NCBI RefSeq assembly: GCF_001194135.2 | Contig: NC_068985.1 | Location: 168,095-230,531, forward strand | DNA length: 62,437 bases | From: Octopus bimaculoides | Lineage: Eukaryota | Reading direction: 5' to 3' | Shown: positions 13,269 to 24,516 of the stretch, one piece after another | How the letters are laid out: each line of letters opens with the position of its first letter | Numbering within the stretch: the first letter of the stretch is position 1 | Translations under genes and position numbers: made by a program | Notes under the pieces: model-generated | Told to the model about the DNA's origin: nothing | Seen by the model: only the letters and a program-made list of their open reading frames with translations | Databases searched by the model: none

Positions 13269-13414
13269 TCTAAGTTCAAATTCTACACAAGTTGGCTTTT
13301 CTATTCCTTCTTTTGGAGCTTGTATTAGCTGTGAATTGGTAATCAATTTAATAGTTTGTTTCCAAATTTTATATGAATTTATATCAAAAATTATGATTGC
13401 TATTATTAGCATTA

Positions 13415-13530
13415 AGTAGTGGCAGAATCAGTAATGTGCCAGAATAAATGCTTAAAATATGTAATTTTATTTCTTTATATTCTAAGTTCAAATCTTACTC
13501 TTTTCATTCCTGTAAGTTGATCCAACTGAC
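13415..13530 (+). mobile_element. Degenerate 5' fragment of the second SINE family (59385-59610 type)
   Basis: tggcagaatc...aaatgctta...ttctaagttcaaat pattern. Confidence 0.5.
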
Positions 13531-13844
13531 TATTTTTTTTCTCCTGATAAATCACATCCCCAATAAATACGATGTTAAACTCCCTTCCAACTGCTTTTTA
13601 TTGCGTTCATTATTTAAACCAATATTCCAGCATTATGCAAATCTACAAATTTGAAAAATAAAAGCAAAATAACTTTACTCCCAGCAAGCACAACTTTGGT
13701 CACAAGAAGGTTTCTCCAATACATTAAAAATAATAAAACTTCTATAAAGATTATATTTAGACTTCCTGTTTAGGTTTGAAAAAAACCCCAAAAGTATTTT
13801 AGAGGATGACTAAATGAAAATTCTTAATCAATCTTAGACTTAAT

Positions 13845-14350
13845 TAGTGTGCTCCAAGTGTTTAGTCAGAGATTTGCTTCTCAACCATGCGGTTTTGAGT
13901 TGAGTTCCACTGCATGGCACCTTGGGTAAGTGTCTTCTGTTAGAGTTCAGGATTGACCAAAACCTTGTGAGTGGATTTGGTAGACACAAACTGAAAGAAG
14001 CCCTGTGTGTGTGCATGTTTCTCATGGCTTGTAAACAATGGCTTCCTGCCACTATCATTGGCTTGCAGTCCGCCACAAAATGATGTCCAAGGAGGATCCT
14101 GACATGTCTTCTTGACATGTGTGATCTCTGTAAAACACAAGGCCCCGTAATCAGAGTTGTTTCCAGTCCCTTGCACAAAACATGCCTAGGCTGTTATTTG
14201 TTCTTAAGATTATGAGATTATGACCTTACCTAGAAATAAGTGGAGATTTGGCAACTGGAATGATATTCAGCTATAGAAAAACTCTGCCTCAATGTTCTGT
14301 TGTCTTGCTCATTCTAGTATGAAGTAGTTAGATGTTAAAATGATGATGAT
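13845..14350 (+). mobile_element. tRNA-headed SINE with an alternative body and RTE-like GAT tail
   Basis: Head matches 38712 up to gaaagaagccc; 3' end gatgttaaaatgatgatgat. Confidence 0.6.
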
Positions 14351-14847
14351 TGTGTTGTAGTTTAATTTCTGGTCTGTAGATTATTTGTAGATAGTCTGCA
14401 AGAGCTATGTTAAACGCAGACCAAGATGTCTAGTTATTGATACACTTTAATAGTGTTGGTTAATACCAGTAATTGTATAACAATGACTAAATATATGCAA
14501 TAAGGCCAATTTTTTCTTCTCCTGAGTAAAATAGGTAGAAAACTAAAGTACATAAAGCTTATCTGGCAAACATATATTATTTCTGATTTGTTGATGAATA
14601 TAATTACCTAATTGCATGAAATCTTTAATTATGATGAAATAACTTGGTTATGTGTAATATAAGAGTATGTTGGGAGGCACAACTTAGTACAAGGGCCAAC
14701 CAGTTTGCACCACAACACTAATCAGCTAACGGAAATGTATGTTACATAAGCTTACAAAAAATCAGTTCTGCTTCTTGTGTTTCTTATAATATGTGTGTGT
14801 GTGTGTGTGTGTGTATACAGATCAAAGTATGTATATATGTATCTTAC

Positions 14848-15021
14848 CCATTTTTGCAACACATTCTGCTTTTTTCCATTCTTTTGATAATTTTTCCAGC
14901 TTCAACGGTATCTCCATGTATTCCTTTTCTGGATCGTTACCCATCTGTATGTACAAGCCTTTATATTCTTTTGCATCTTGAGCACCAGGGTTACAGATAA
15001 GTCGAGGGTGTTTAAAATAAG
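14848..15021 (-). CDS. Internal exon D (phase 1 to 1, 174 nt)
   Basis: tttgttaaatttcag|CT TAT TTT ... AAA ATG G|gtaaga; encodes (A)YFKHPRLICNPG...LYIQMGNDPE...WKKAECVAKM. The ORF track misses it. Confidence 0.92.
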
Positions 15022-15275
15022 CTGAAATTTAACAAAAAAATTGCATTTAACGATTATTTTTATGGAAGAAAAATGGTATTTCATACTTTTTGAAGTCTGA
15101 GATTAGAAGACAATCAAATAGAAATTATTAGAAAATTATGGAAACAAAAATAGTTTGAGGTTTGGCAGAGTTATCTCCCTTAGTTCAGCTGGAGAATTTT
15201 ATGCATTTAAGGAGCGAAAGGGAAACTTCACTACGAGGACGGTTCTCATACATGCATACATACATATTGTCAAGA

Positions 15276-15346
15276 GGCGCAATGGCTCAGTGGTTAGGGC
15301 AACAGACTCGCAGTCGTAGGATCGAGGTTTCGATTCCCAGACTTGG
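15276..15346 (+). mobile_element. Isolated tRNA-like SINE head (A and B boxes)
   Basis: TGGCTCAGTGG A box and GTTTCGATTCC B box; related degenerate longer copy at about 57805-58080. Confidence 0.7.
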
Positions 15347-15416
15347 TCTATTAACATATAAATACTACATAAGTATTTATTGTCTGAAAACCTTCAGTCT
15401 TTTTTTTTTTCAGTTT

Positions 15417-15454
<38 letters not shown>

Positions 15455-15584
15455 TGTATATTAAACTCAAACTGTTATATTTAATTTGTTTAATCTGCAT
15501 AATTGCCTCTCTCTCTCCCCGTCTCTCTATATATATGCAGTGTTGAGCACTCATTCTTATTGTACGACATTTATGTATATATAT

Positions 15585-16160
15585 CATCATCATCATCATC
15601 CTCATCATCCTTTAGCGTCTGTTGTCCATGCTGGTATGGGTTGGACAGTTTAACTGGAGCTGGCCAGCTGGAAGGCTACACTAGACTCCAGTCTGGTCTG
15701 ACATGGTTTCTATGGATGGATACCCTTCCTGATGCCAACCATTCCAAGAGTGTAATGGCTGCTTTTACATGCCACCAGCATGACCTCAGTATCTGCGATG
15801 ACAGTGATTTTGCTTGGCTTGATGGGTCTTCTCCTCAAGCATGACATAATGCCAAGGGTCTCAATCATTGCCTTCATAAGGCCCAACACTCGAAAGGAGC
15901 TCAGCCACTTTGCCTCTGTGAGGTCCAATGCTTGAAAGGTGTTCTTTCTGTGCCACAGGCATGGGTGCCAGTTACAGGGAGCTCAACTCCTTTGTCAGTC
16001 ATTAGGATAGTGCCTCTGGGGCTATTGAGTTGTTTTGACTCTTATTTCTAGCAATGCCGGTGCTAAGTAGTGCCCTTTGTCACTTTAGTGGCATATATGC
16101 TTCTGCCTTTAGGTTGTGTCCAACCCATGCCAGCATGGACAACAGACGTTAAATGATGAT
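15585..16160. mobile_element. Minus-strand RTE 3'UTR copy (15585 to about 16000) plus a short plus-strand tail (16112-16160)
   Basis: About 45 bp of inverted identity: gtctgttgtccatgctgg(t/c)atgggttggaca. Confidence 0.8.
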
Positions 16161-16182
16161 ATATACATATATACATATATAT

Positions 16183-16455
16183 ATTTGAAGTAAAGCAACA
16201 AAAATTCAATAGGTTATAGCAGTACGTACGTTTCGTACAAGCTCCATTTATTCATGTAGTGAGAACACTACAGAAAATACAATGAAAATGTACTCCTCAG
16301 CTGCATAAAGGAATTTCATTTTAGAAAGTCATTTTGAAGATGTTTGCAAAAAACATGCGTAAGAGAAGAAAACACATCTCGACTATGCTGTTGTTTCACA
16401 GACGAAACGTACGTACTGCTATAACCTATTGCATTTTTGTTGCTTTGCTTCAAAT
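16183..16455. mobile_element. MITE-like element with TIRs of about 55 bp
   Basis: atttgaag(t/c)aaagcaacaaaaat(t/g)caataggttatagcagtacgtacgtttcgt at both ends in inverted orientation; non-coding interior. Confidence 0.8.
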
Positions 16456-16561
16456 TTTATTCACCAAATCTCTTGATTTTGTTTTTGGTTTTTATCCTAC
16501 CAAATTCTGGTGCCTCAAACATTTTAAGTACTACATTTAATCTTTTGATTAAATCTATATA

Positions 16562-16595
<34 letters not shown>

Positions 16596-16599
16596 CACA

Positions 16600-19222
16600 C
16601 ACTCTTCTAGGAAGACAACTGTGATGGGGCAGGAGGCATTGGCATACTTTTAGCAGAGAAATGGATAAGTAAGGTGATAAGCAAGGTAGTCAGATTATGT
16701 GACAGGGTACTTAAGCTCTGACTAATCTGGTGACCATGCTAGCCAGATCGACTACATTCTCACCAGAAAGTGGATTCATGGCTGCTCATAAATGCAAAGT
16801 CCTTCCCCAGTGAAGAGTGTACCCCTCAGCATAGGCTACTCATTAGTGACTTCAAACTGCAGGCACAAAGGATTCCAGGAAGCAAGCTAGTTTGGAAAAG
16901 AAAAAATCTGGAAACTTAAGGATCTTTTGAATAGTCAAAGGTTTAGGGATTTCCTAATTGAAGGATTTGATGAGAAGGAGAAGTTACAGACTTGCAATAT
17001 CGAGGATAACTGGAAGTTCCTATGAGACAACTTATTGAAAGCCACAGACCAAATTTGTGGGTGGTGCAAAGTCCCAACCATTCCGAGAGTTATATGGTGG
17101 TGGAGCAATGTAGTTGACAGGGCCATTGGAGCTATATCAGGCAGCTAGAAAGGAAGCTAGGTAGCAGGTATACTTAGCCAGGGGTGAAGCAGAAAGGAAG
17201 AAGTTTGCCAATGTTCTGCAGTGTGAGGATCAGCAGCTTGAAGGGTTTCAGTTTGCAAGACAGTGTGCCAGAGGAGATTGTGATGTTGCGGGAGAGAAGT
17301 GTGTTCACAGTAAGTGACTCTGCAAAGAAAGAGGCTATGAAAGGCTACTAAATATAGAGAACTCATGGGAAAAGGAGAGGCTGCCTGATGTTGATCTAAG
17401 AGAAGGGACCAGCAATCCGAATAGGACAGTAGCGTTGTAGACAAAGCCATGAAGGATATGAAAATGGGGAAAGACCCTGACCCATGAGGAATAATCATTG
17501 AGATACTTAAAATATCTGGCAGTGTGGATTATGGTCTAGTTACTCCTATAGTTAATCAGGTGGTGTATGAAAGAGTCATACTCAATGACTGGTATACCAG
17601 CATCATAGTCAACTGCTACAAAGGTGAAGGTGATGCTTTAAATAGAAATAATTTTAGAGGCATCAAACTGTTGGATCAGGTGCTAAAGTCATGGAGAGGG
17701 TCATAACCCAATTAATTAATGAGAGAGTTAGTCTAGATGAGATGCAGATTGGTTTTGTGCTAGGGAGAAGCACCATTGATGTTATACTTCTGGTAAGGCA
17801 GCTGCGGGAGAAGTACCTCGCCAAAGATAAACCTCTATCCTGGGCTTTTGTTGACATGGAGAAAGCCTTTGACAAGGTCCCTTGATCCCTTATCTGGTGG
17901 TCAATGAGGAAACTAGGGATATATGAGTGGTTGGTGAGAGTTGTACAAGCCATGTACAGGGACACAATAAGTAAGGAGTGAGTTGGCAATGAGTGTAATG
18001 ATAAATTCAGGGTACAAGTAGGGGTTTACCAAGGATCATTTAAGATGGGCTGCCCCTGGGAGCTCCTCTATGTTGATGACCTTATTATTATAGCTGAATC
18101 ACTACTGGAACTAGAGAAGAAATTTCAGGTGTGGAAGCAAGATCTAGAATCGGAAGGTAAAAACCAAAGTATTAGTAAGTAGAAAAGCAGACAAACTACA
18201 AATGCCTTGAAGTAGATGGCTCTACTCGACCTGTGAGAAAGGCTTAGGTAGAAATTCCATAAGCTATGGACACGTAAGAGGTGCAGCAATATCAGGGGAA
18301 GGTTAACTAGGAAAATAGTTTTTGTGTGTGGAAGGTACAAAAGTACAATAAACACTGAAAATGTACAGAAAATAGACTCCATCAAACGCCAGTAGGGTAA
18401 GCTGAAGATAGTTGATAGCTTGTGTTATCTGGGTGACCCAGTCAGTAGTGGAGGTGGATGCTCCAAGAGAGTAGCAGCAAGAATAGGAATAGGCTGGACA
18501 AAGTTCAGAGAGCTCCTTACTTCTGCTGACAACAAAAGGGCCTCTCTGTCAGAGTGTAAAGCAGGCTGTATGATGCCTGTGTGTGCACAGGCTATGCTAC
18601 ATGGTAGTGCAGCATAAGTTGTGGCTGCTGAGGTCATGCGTAGGCTTGAAAGAAATGAAACCAGTATGCTTTGCTGGATGTGCAATGTCAGTGTGCATCT
18701 ACGACAAGATGTAAACATCTGGAGAGAAAAGTTTAGCATAAGAAGCATCAGATGCAAGAGTGATGACTACACTGGTATGGCCTAGTGATGTGTATAGATG
18801 AGGACAGCAGTATGAAGAAGTACAGATATCTAACTGTGGAGGGAACCTGTGGAAGGGGTAGACCCAGGAAGACATGGGACGAGGTTGTGAAGCATGATCT
18901 GTGAATGTTGGGCCTCAAAGGGGCAATGACTTGCGACCGAGACCTTTGGCAATATGCTGTGCTTGAGAAGACCCATCAAGCCAAGTGAAATCTTAGTCAT
19001 GGCAGATACTGGTGTCACGTAACTGGCATCTTGGCTGGTGCTACGTAAAAGGTACCCCTTACACACTCAGAGTATTTGGTGTTAGGAAGGGCATCTAGCC
19101 ATAGAAACTGTGCCAAATCAGACTGGAGTACAGTGCAGCCCCTCAACTTAGCAGCCTTGGTCAAACTGTTCAACTCATGCCAGCATGGACAATGGACGTT
19201 AAATGATGATGATGATGATGAT
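16600..19222 (+). mobile_element. Long decayed RTE LINE (linker, RT, 3'UTR, tail)
   Basis: WWSNVVDRA, RGIKLLDQV, QIGFVLGRSTID, AFVDMEKAFDKVP, GCPWELLYVDD, LCYLGD, GRPRKTWDEVVK; (GAT)n at 19205-19222. Confidence 0.93.
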
Positions 19223-19250
19223 ATAGATATATATATATATACATACAAGC

Positions 19251-19300
<50 letters not shown>

Positions 19301-20419
19301 GTAATATAATATGTGACAATTATTTGGTCGGAGCAGTTGCAGTTTTTTGCCCCGACATCCGAAACTCAGAGTCTTACAGATAAATTCCTCTATTTACATG
19401 ATATTGAGGTCTCATTCTTTCTTTTGTTGTCTTACCATTACCATTAATATGTATATATATATATATACATGCACACACACTGTATCTCTTGAGCTGATTC
19501 CTTCATGATTGCACTGCAACTATAGCTGATTTTCAAAGAATTCTCACGCTGAACCTTGCTAATTAGATCAGGCATGCAGTGACATGTGAGAAGTATATGA
19601 AACAGAAATCTAATCAAATACACCAAACGAAACGAAACAGGTGATAAAAAAATATTTAAACACTCCAACAATTTAAAACTATTTCCTTAACCAAAGAATT
19701 CTTGTCATAAACACTTGACTATCCAAGGGGTGCAACTCACATTTAAATAGCGAAGAGTTATCACTCTTCCCAAAGCAGCTGCATTCATCCGTAAGCAACA
19801 TTTTTTTTGTTTTCTTGGAAAATCATAAGCTGCTAATGACCATCTTGAGTTATAACCTAAGACTACTTGAGTAACGAAGTGGTGATTGCTGGAATAAGCT
19901 CAATTATATATCTTTCTTGAAACATGAAACTCAAGTTGTCATAAATGTTATAAAATACTGTATACACATATTCATAAGTCTCAAATGTAATGGAATACTT
20001 TAATTTGCTCAGCCTAAAAGAAAAAAAAACAGGATGTGTGTGTGTGTGTTGCTAAGCCTACATTTGCTATCATCCATAACATCCTTGACGCACTATAATT
20101 TTCTTGATGCTCTTCGCGTATCTCTCTATTTCTCATCTTTCTACTGTCTGTGCTAATGGCACTCTAACTCTTCGTTTGGTCTACGTATAAAAGACTACAT
20201 CACACTCTCCTCATCACTTCTCCTCTATCTTCTATCATTTGACCTATAAATAACCGATTGTGCCAAACTGTCTCTACCCAATACACAGTAACTTAGTGTT
20301 TCAGTACTGACAATAATCCCTCTCTCTTTCTCTCCTCCACTACCTCCCACCCTACCCTGCTTGATTCCACATTTTCTTATCCATATTCTCCTCAACATCC
20401 ACATTTTACACTGTCCTCC

Positions 20420-20885
20420 TTCATCTGAGAGTGTAGTGGGTGCTTTTACATGCCACTGGCACGAGGACCAGTCAGGCAGTACTGGCCATGCTCAAATGGT
20501 GCTTTTTATGTGCCACTTGCACAGGAGCCAGTCCAGCAGCACAAGCAATGACCTCACTTGAATGTTTTTTCATGTGCCAGTAAGGCGACACTGGTAACAA
20601 TCACGCTCAAATGGTGCTATTTATGTGCCACTGGCACAGAAGCCAGATTGCTGCTCTGGCAACGATCATGCTTGGATGGTACTGTTATCACTCCACTGGC
20701 ACAGGTGCCAGTCACCGAATTTGGTTCGATTTCAATTTCACTTGCCTCAACAAGTCTTCGCAAGCAGGGTTTTGTGTCCAATGAAGGAAAGGTACGCATA
20801 AGTGGGCTGGCTACACCCCTGGCAAAGGCCACGGGTTATGGTCTCACTTGGCTTGTCGGGTCTTCTCACACACAGCATATTTCCA
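20420..20885 (-). mobile_element. RTE 3'UTR fragment with several hairpin repeat units
   Basis: Repeated ggtgctttt..gtgccactggcac units. Confidence 0.8.
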
Positions 20886-21315
20886 AAAGTGAGAGTACTA
20901 TACCAACTTACTGAAGTAGTTATGAAAAGCTATCAAGACCAAATACCCAACAAAACTGACAAAAGGGGCCTTGTTTCTTCAGGACAATGTTCCAGTACAG
21001 AAGTCATTGGTTTCAATGTCTGCTGCTGTGCATGTTTGTGGCTTTGATCTCCCTCCCTATTCTCCTAGTTTAGCTCAATCTAACTCTCATCTGTTCCCCA
21101 ACATGGAAAAACACTGGGCTGGGAACCAGTATCACAGTGATGATGATGTCATATTTGCTGTTGATGACTTTGAGCAATAGGATGAAAGCTTATTAACCAA
21201 TGGGATCTAAGCACTGCAATACTGATGGAGGAAGTGTATGGACCACAAGGGGAACTATGTTGAAAAATAAACCTCATTTGGTCACATTCTATGAGAATAT
21301 TTTGGTAAGCCTGCT
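20886..21315 (+). mobile_element. Mariner transposase 3' fragment
   Basis: LFLQDNVP...LPPYSPSLAQSNSHLFP...WRKCMDHKGNYVEK*. Confidence 0.85.
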
Positions 21316-21729
21316 GGATCTTTTTGTTTTATTACTATTTTGATTTGATGTGTTTTCCTAAATTTGTAGGCTCGTTAACCTTTGGATGTTGCATCACNNN
21401 NNNNNNNNNNNNNNNNNNNNNNNNNNNNNNNNNNNNNNNNNNNNNNNNNNNNNNNNNNNNNNNNNNNNNNNNNNNNNNNNNNNNNNNNNNNNNNATATTT
21501 TGGTAAGCCTGCTGGATCTTTTTGTTTTATTACTATTTTGATTTGAAGTTTTGTGTGATGTGTTTTCCTAAATTTGTAGGCTCGTTAACCTTTGGATGTT
21601 GCATCACTCTTTGGAATCTGGATTTGTCACACCAGGAGTTTTTTGTAGTTCAGGTTTTTTTTTGTTTTTCTTTTAGGTCTTTTCCAGAATTTGCTCATGT
21701 ACATGGGACACACTTGTTTAGATATCATT

Positions 21730-23035
21730 GCCAATGATGTTCCAAACATCATTTTGTCTTCTTTATATACTCTGATCCAATCTCATTAGCTGTATCCAGA
21801 AAATTGCATGCAGTGGATAAAAATCTGTACATGAAATGAAGGTGGTAGAGGCCTGAGATCAGTTTAGACGGCCTTCATATGGTATCAATCAGGCAACATC
21901 TGCTAAACAACAGCAGCAAAAATAAATATATAAATGCAATGCTGAAAAGTGAAGTGAGCAACATTATAGGAGTTGGCATTGAAACCCTCAAGAAACGCTC
22001 TCTTCCTGATGATCTCCTATATAGCCCCAAAACAGCTAGGCTCTCTTACCCCAGAGAAGCCCTGGATGGAAAGCACTCAACATACAAAAATAGACCATGC
22101 ATGGGTATGTTGTCTGGAAGCTTGAAGAAGACAGTAGAATTAACATGAAACACAGCCTCTCTTGGACACAAGACCACTACATCACACTTTGAAGGCTATG
22201 CATTTGCAATCCAGGAAGAGGAAATTGCTCCGAAGTACCTGGTGAATAAGAGAGACAGTGATGCTCTTGCAGTCCCAAGGTGCAACCACATGTCTAGGCT
22301 ATGTCATGTTTCTGTGGAAGACATCATGCATGTAATTAGCAGCTGTCCTAAAATGTCATCACGGTTCTACTTCCCTATGTGGCACAATGTTGTTGCTAAA
22401 ACAATTTTCAATGCTATCTGCAAAAGAGACTGTCCTGAAATAAACTTAGAAAATCCCTCAGTTATAAAATTTATTCATAAACACCAATTCAAGGGATACC
22501 GGTGGAATATTCCCATCAAAACATCTGTCAAATTTAAAACATAACAGACTGGATATTGTTGTTTGGGACAGTGGAGCAAAGGTATGTACCGTCGTAGGGG
22601 TCAGCTCCCCTGCAGATATAGATATCTCTTTGAAAATCAAAGAAAAAGAGGCTATCTATGGACAACTGCTTCAAAACCTCCAGCTTCTTTATCCAAACTA
22701 TGAATTCATATTCCTACCAATAATAATTGGAGCATTAGGTTTTGTTCGTAAATGCTTAAAGGAGAATCTGGATAAACTGGGATTTTCAGAAAGAGAAATC
22801 AACCGGCTAATTTGTACATTACAAGTGCAATCTGTGAGTGGAACAGTAAAAATATGCAAGACTTTTCTCAAGTTCTGAACGTGAATTTGTCTGTGTTAAC
22901 TACATCCCAAAGATGGAGCCTTGTATTTTGTTGGAAACTGGTTCTCTCCTCAGTGTAAGATTTATAATCATTAAAAAATAGAGACATACATACATGTTTG
23001 GAGACAGCAAAAATAGGACACTCACTCGCACAGGG
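21730..23035 (+). mobile_element. 5'-truncated RLE-type non-LTR retrotransposon (R4/Dong or NeSL-like)
   Basis: EGYAFAIQEEEI; zinc knuckle (S)RLC..EDIMHVISSC; WHNVVAK; LDIVVWD..CTVVGVSSPAD; PIIIGALG. Confidence 0.88.
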
Positions 23036-24062
23036 GCAATAAACACCAAAGATGTACAGAAAATAGATTCCATCACATGCCAAGGGAAAAACCAGAAGTT
23101 GTTGATAACTTCTGTTATCTAAGTGACCAAGTCAGTAGCAGGGATGGATGCTTTGTGAGCATGGCTGCTAGAATAAGAATAGCCTGGGCAAAGTTCAGAG
23201 AGTTCCTACCTCTGCTGGTAACAAAGAACCTCTCACTTAGAGTAAAAGGTAGACTGTATGATGCATGTGTACGGACAGCCATGCTACACGGCAGTGAAAC
23301 ATGGGCTGTGACTGCTGAGGATTTGCATAGGCTTGAAAGAAATGAAGCTAGTATGATCCGCTGGATGTGTAATGTCAGTGTGCATGCACCACAGAATGTA
23401 AGCACCCTGAGAGAAAAGTTGGACAGAAGAAGCATCAGATGTGGTCTGCAGGAGAGATGGCTTCAATGATCATGTGGTGTGTATGGATGAGGACAGCGGT
23501 GTGAGGAAGTGCCACACCCTAACAGTGGAAGGAGTCTGTGGATGAGGTAGACCCAGGAAGACCTGAGATGAGGTGGTGAAGTATGATCTTCAAACGTTGG
23601 GCCTCATGGAGGCAATGACAAGTGACCGAGACCTTTGGAGATATGCTGTACTTGAGAAGACCCAGCAAACTAAGAGAGATTGTATCTGTGGCCTATGCCA
23701 ATGTCATATAACTGCCCTGTTTAAAAGCAGCCTTCAATCGTTGGGCAATATGCTGTGCTTGAGAAGACCTGTTGAGTCAAGTGAAATTTTTGTCATGGCC
23801 AATGCCATTGTTGCCTGACTGGTACCCATGCCAGTGGCACGTAAAAAGCACCATTCAAGCATGGTCATTGCCAGTGCCACCTGACTGGCCCCGATGCTAG
23901 TGGCATATAAAAACACCCACTACACTCTCAGAGTGGTTGGCACCAGGAAGGGCATCCAGCTGTAGAAAATCATGCCAGAACAGACTGAAGCCTGGTGCAG
24001 CCTCCTAGCTTGTCAGTCCTCAATCAAACCGTCCAACCCATAAATGATTATGATGATGATAC
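23036..24062 (+). mobile_element. RTE LINE 3' end
   Basis: ORF 23077..23469 FCYLSDQ...KGRLYDACVRTAMLHGSETW; 3'UTR and GAT tail. Confidence 0.92.
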
Positions 24063-24389
24063 ATGCAAAAATATCCTGTTGTTGATGCTGAAATTTCTAT
24101 GAAGGAGTCTTGGATTTTGGTTAGAAACCGACTCTTTCTCGATTGGCAAGAAATCTTGAAATAAAACGGAATAATGAGATACATACGTACATACATACAC
24201 ACACACACACACACAGCCATTTCACACCATGCATCAAGCTATAAACATCCACAGGTACATGGTATATAGTAATGTAGATGGCTGTAAGGTACAAGTTTAT
24301 TATACAAATTAATCCATACAAGCCCATCCAATCTTAAAACATAAATTTGATTAATTTTATTAAAGTTATGCCAGAAAGTCTATACTTAC

Positions 24390-24516
24390 CTGTAAGAGTA
24401 TATAACTTTACATCTTTCTTAATGGTCTCACCCACCATAAATGGAGGCATCGTTTTTGGTGATGGAATGCGTATAGTGTTATTGTTAGAGTCAAAACCTT
24501 CCAAACGGCCTTTGAT
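24390..24516 (-). CDS. Internal exon C (phase 0 to 1)
   Basis: tctgaatttcag|ATC AAA ... CTT ACA G|gtaagt; encodes IKGRLEGFDSNNNTIRIPSPKTMPPFMVGETIKKDVKLYTLT, within ORF 24334..24591. Confidence 0.88.

Noticed and set aside
15276-15346. Possible tRNA gene
   Set aside because: A and B boxes are present but the acceptor and anticodon stems do not pair properly; it matches a SINE head seen again near 57805.
21297-21607. Direct repeat of about 100 bp flanking the N gap
   Set aside because: 21297-21397 and 21495-21607 differ by a 12-bp indel; this is typical of unmerged heterozygous contig overlap.
2025-24389. Introns E-F (9369 nt) and C-D (9368 nt) are almost the same length
   Set aside because: Their contents are not colinear and one includes an estimated gap; coincidence.
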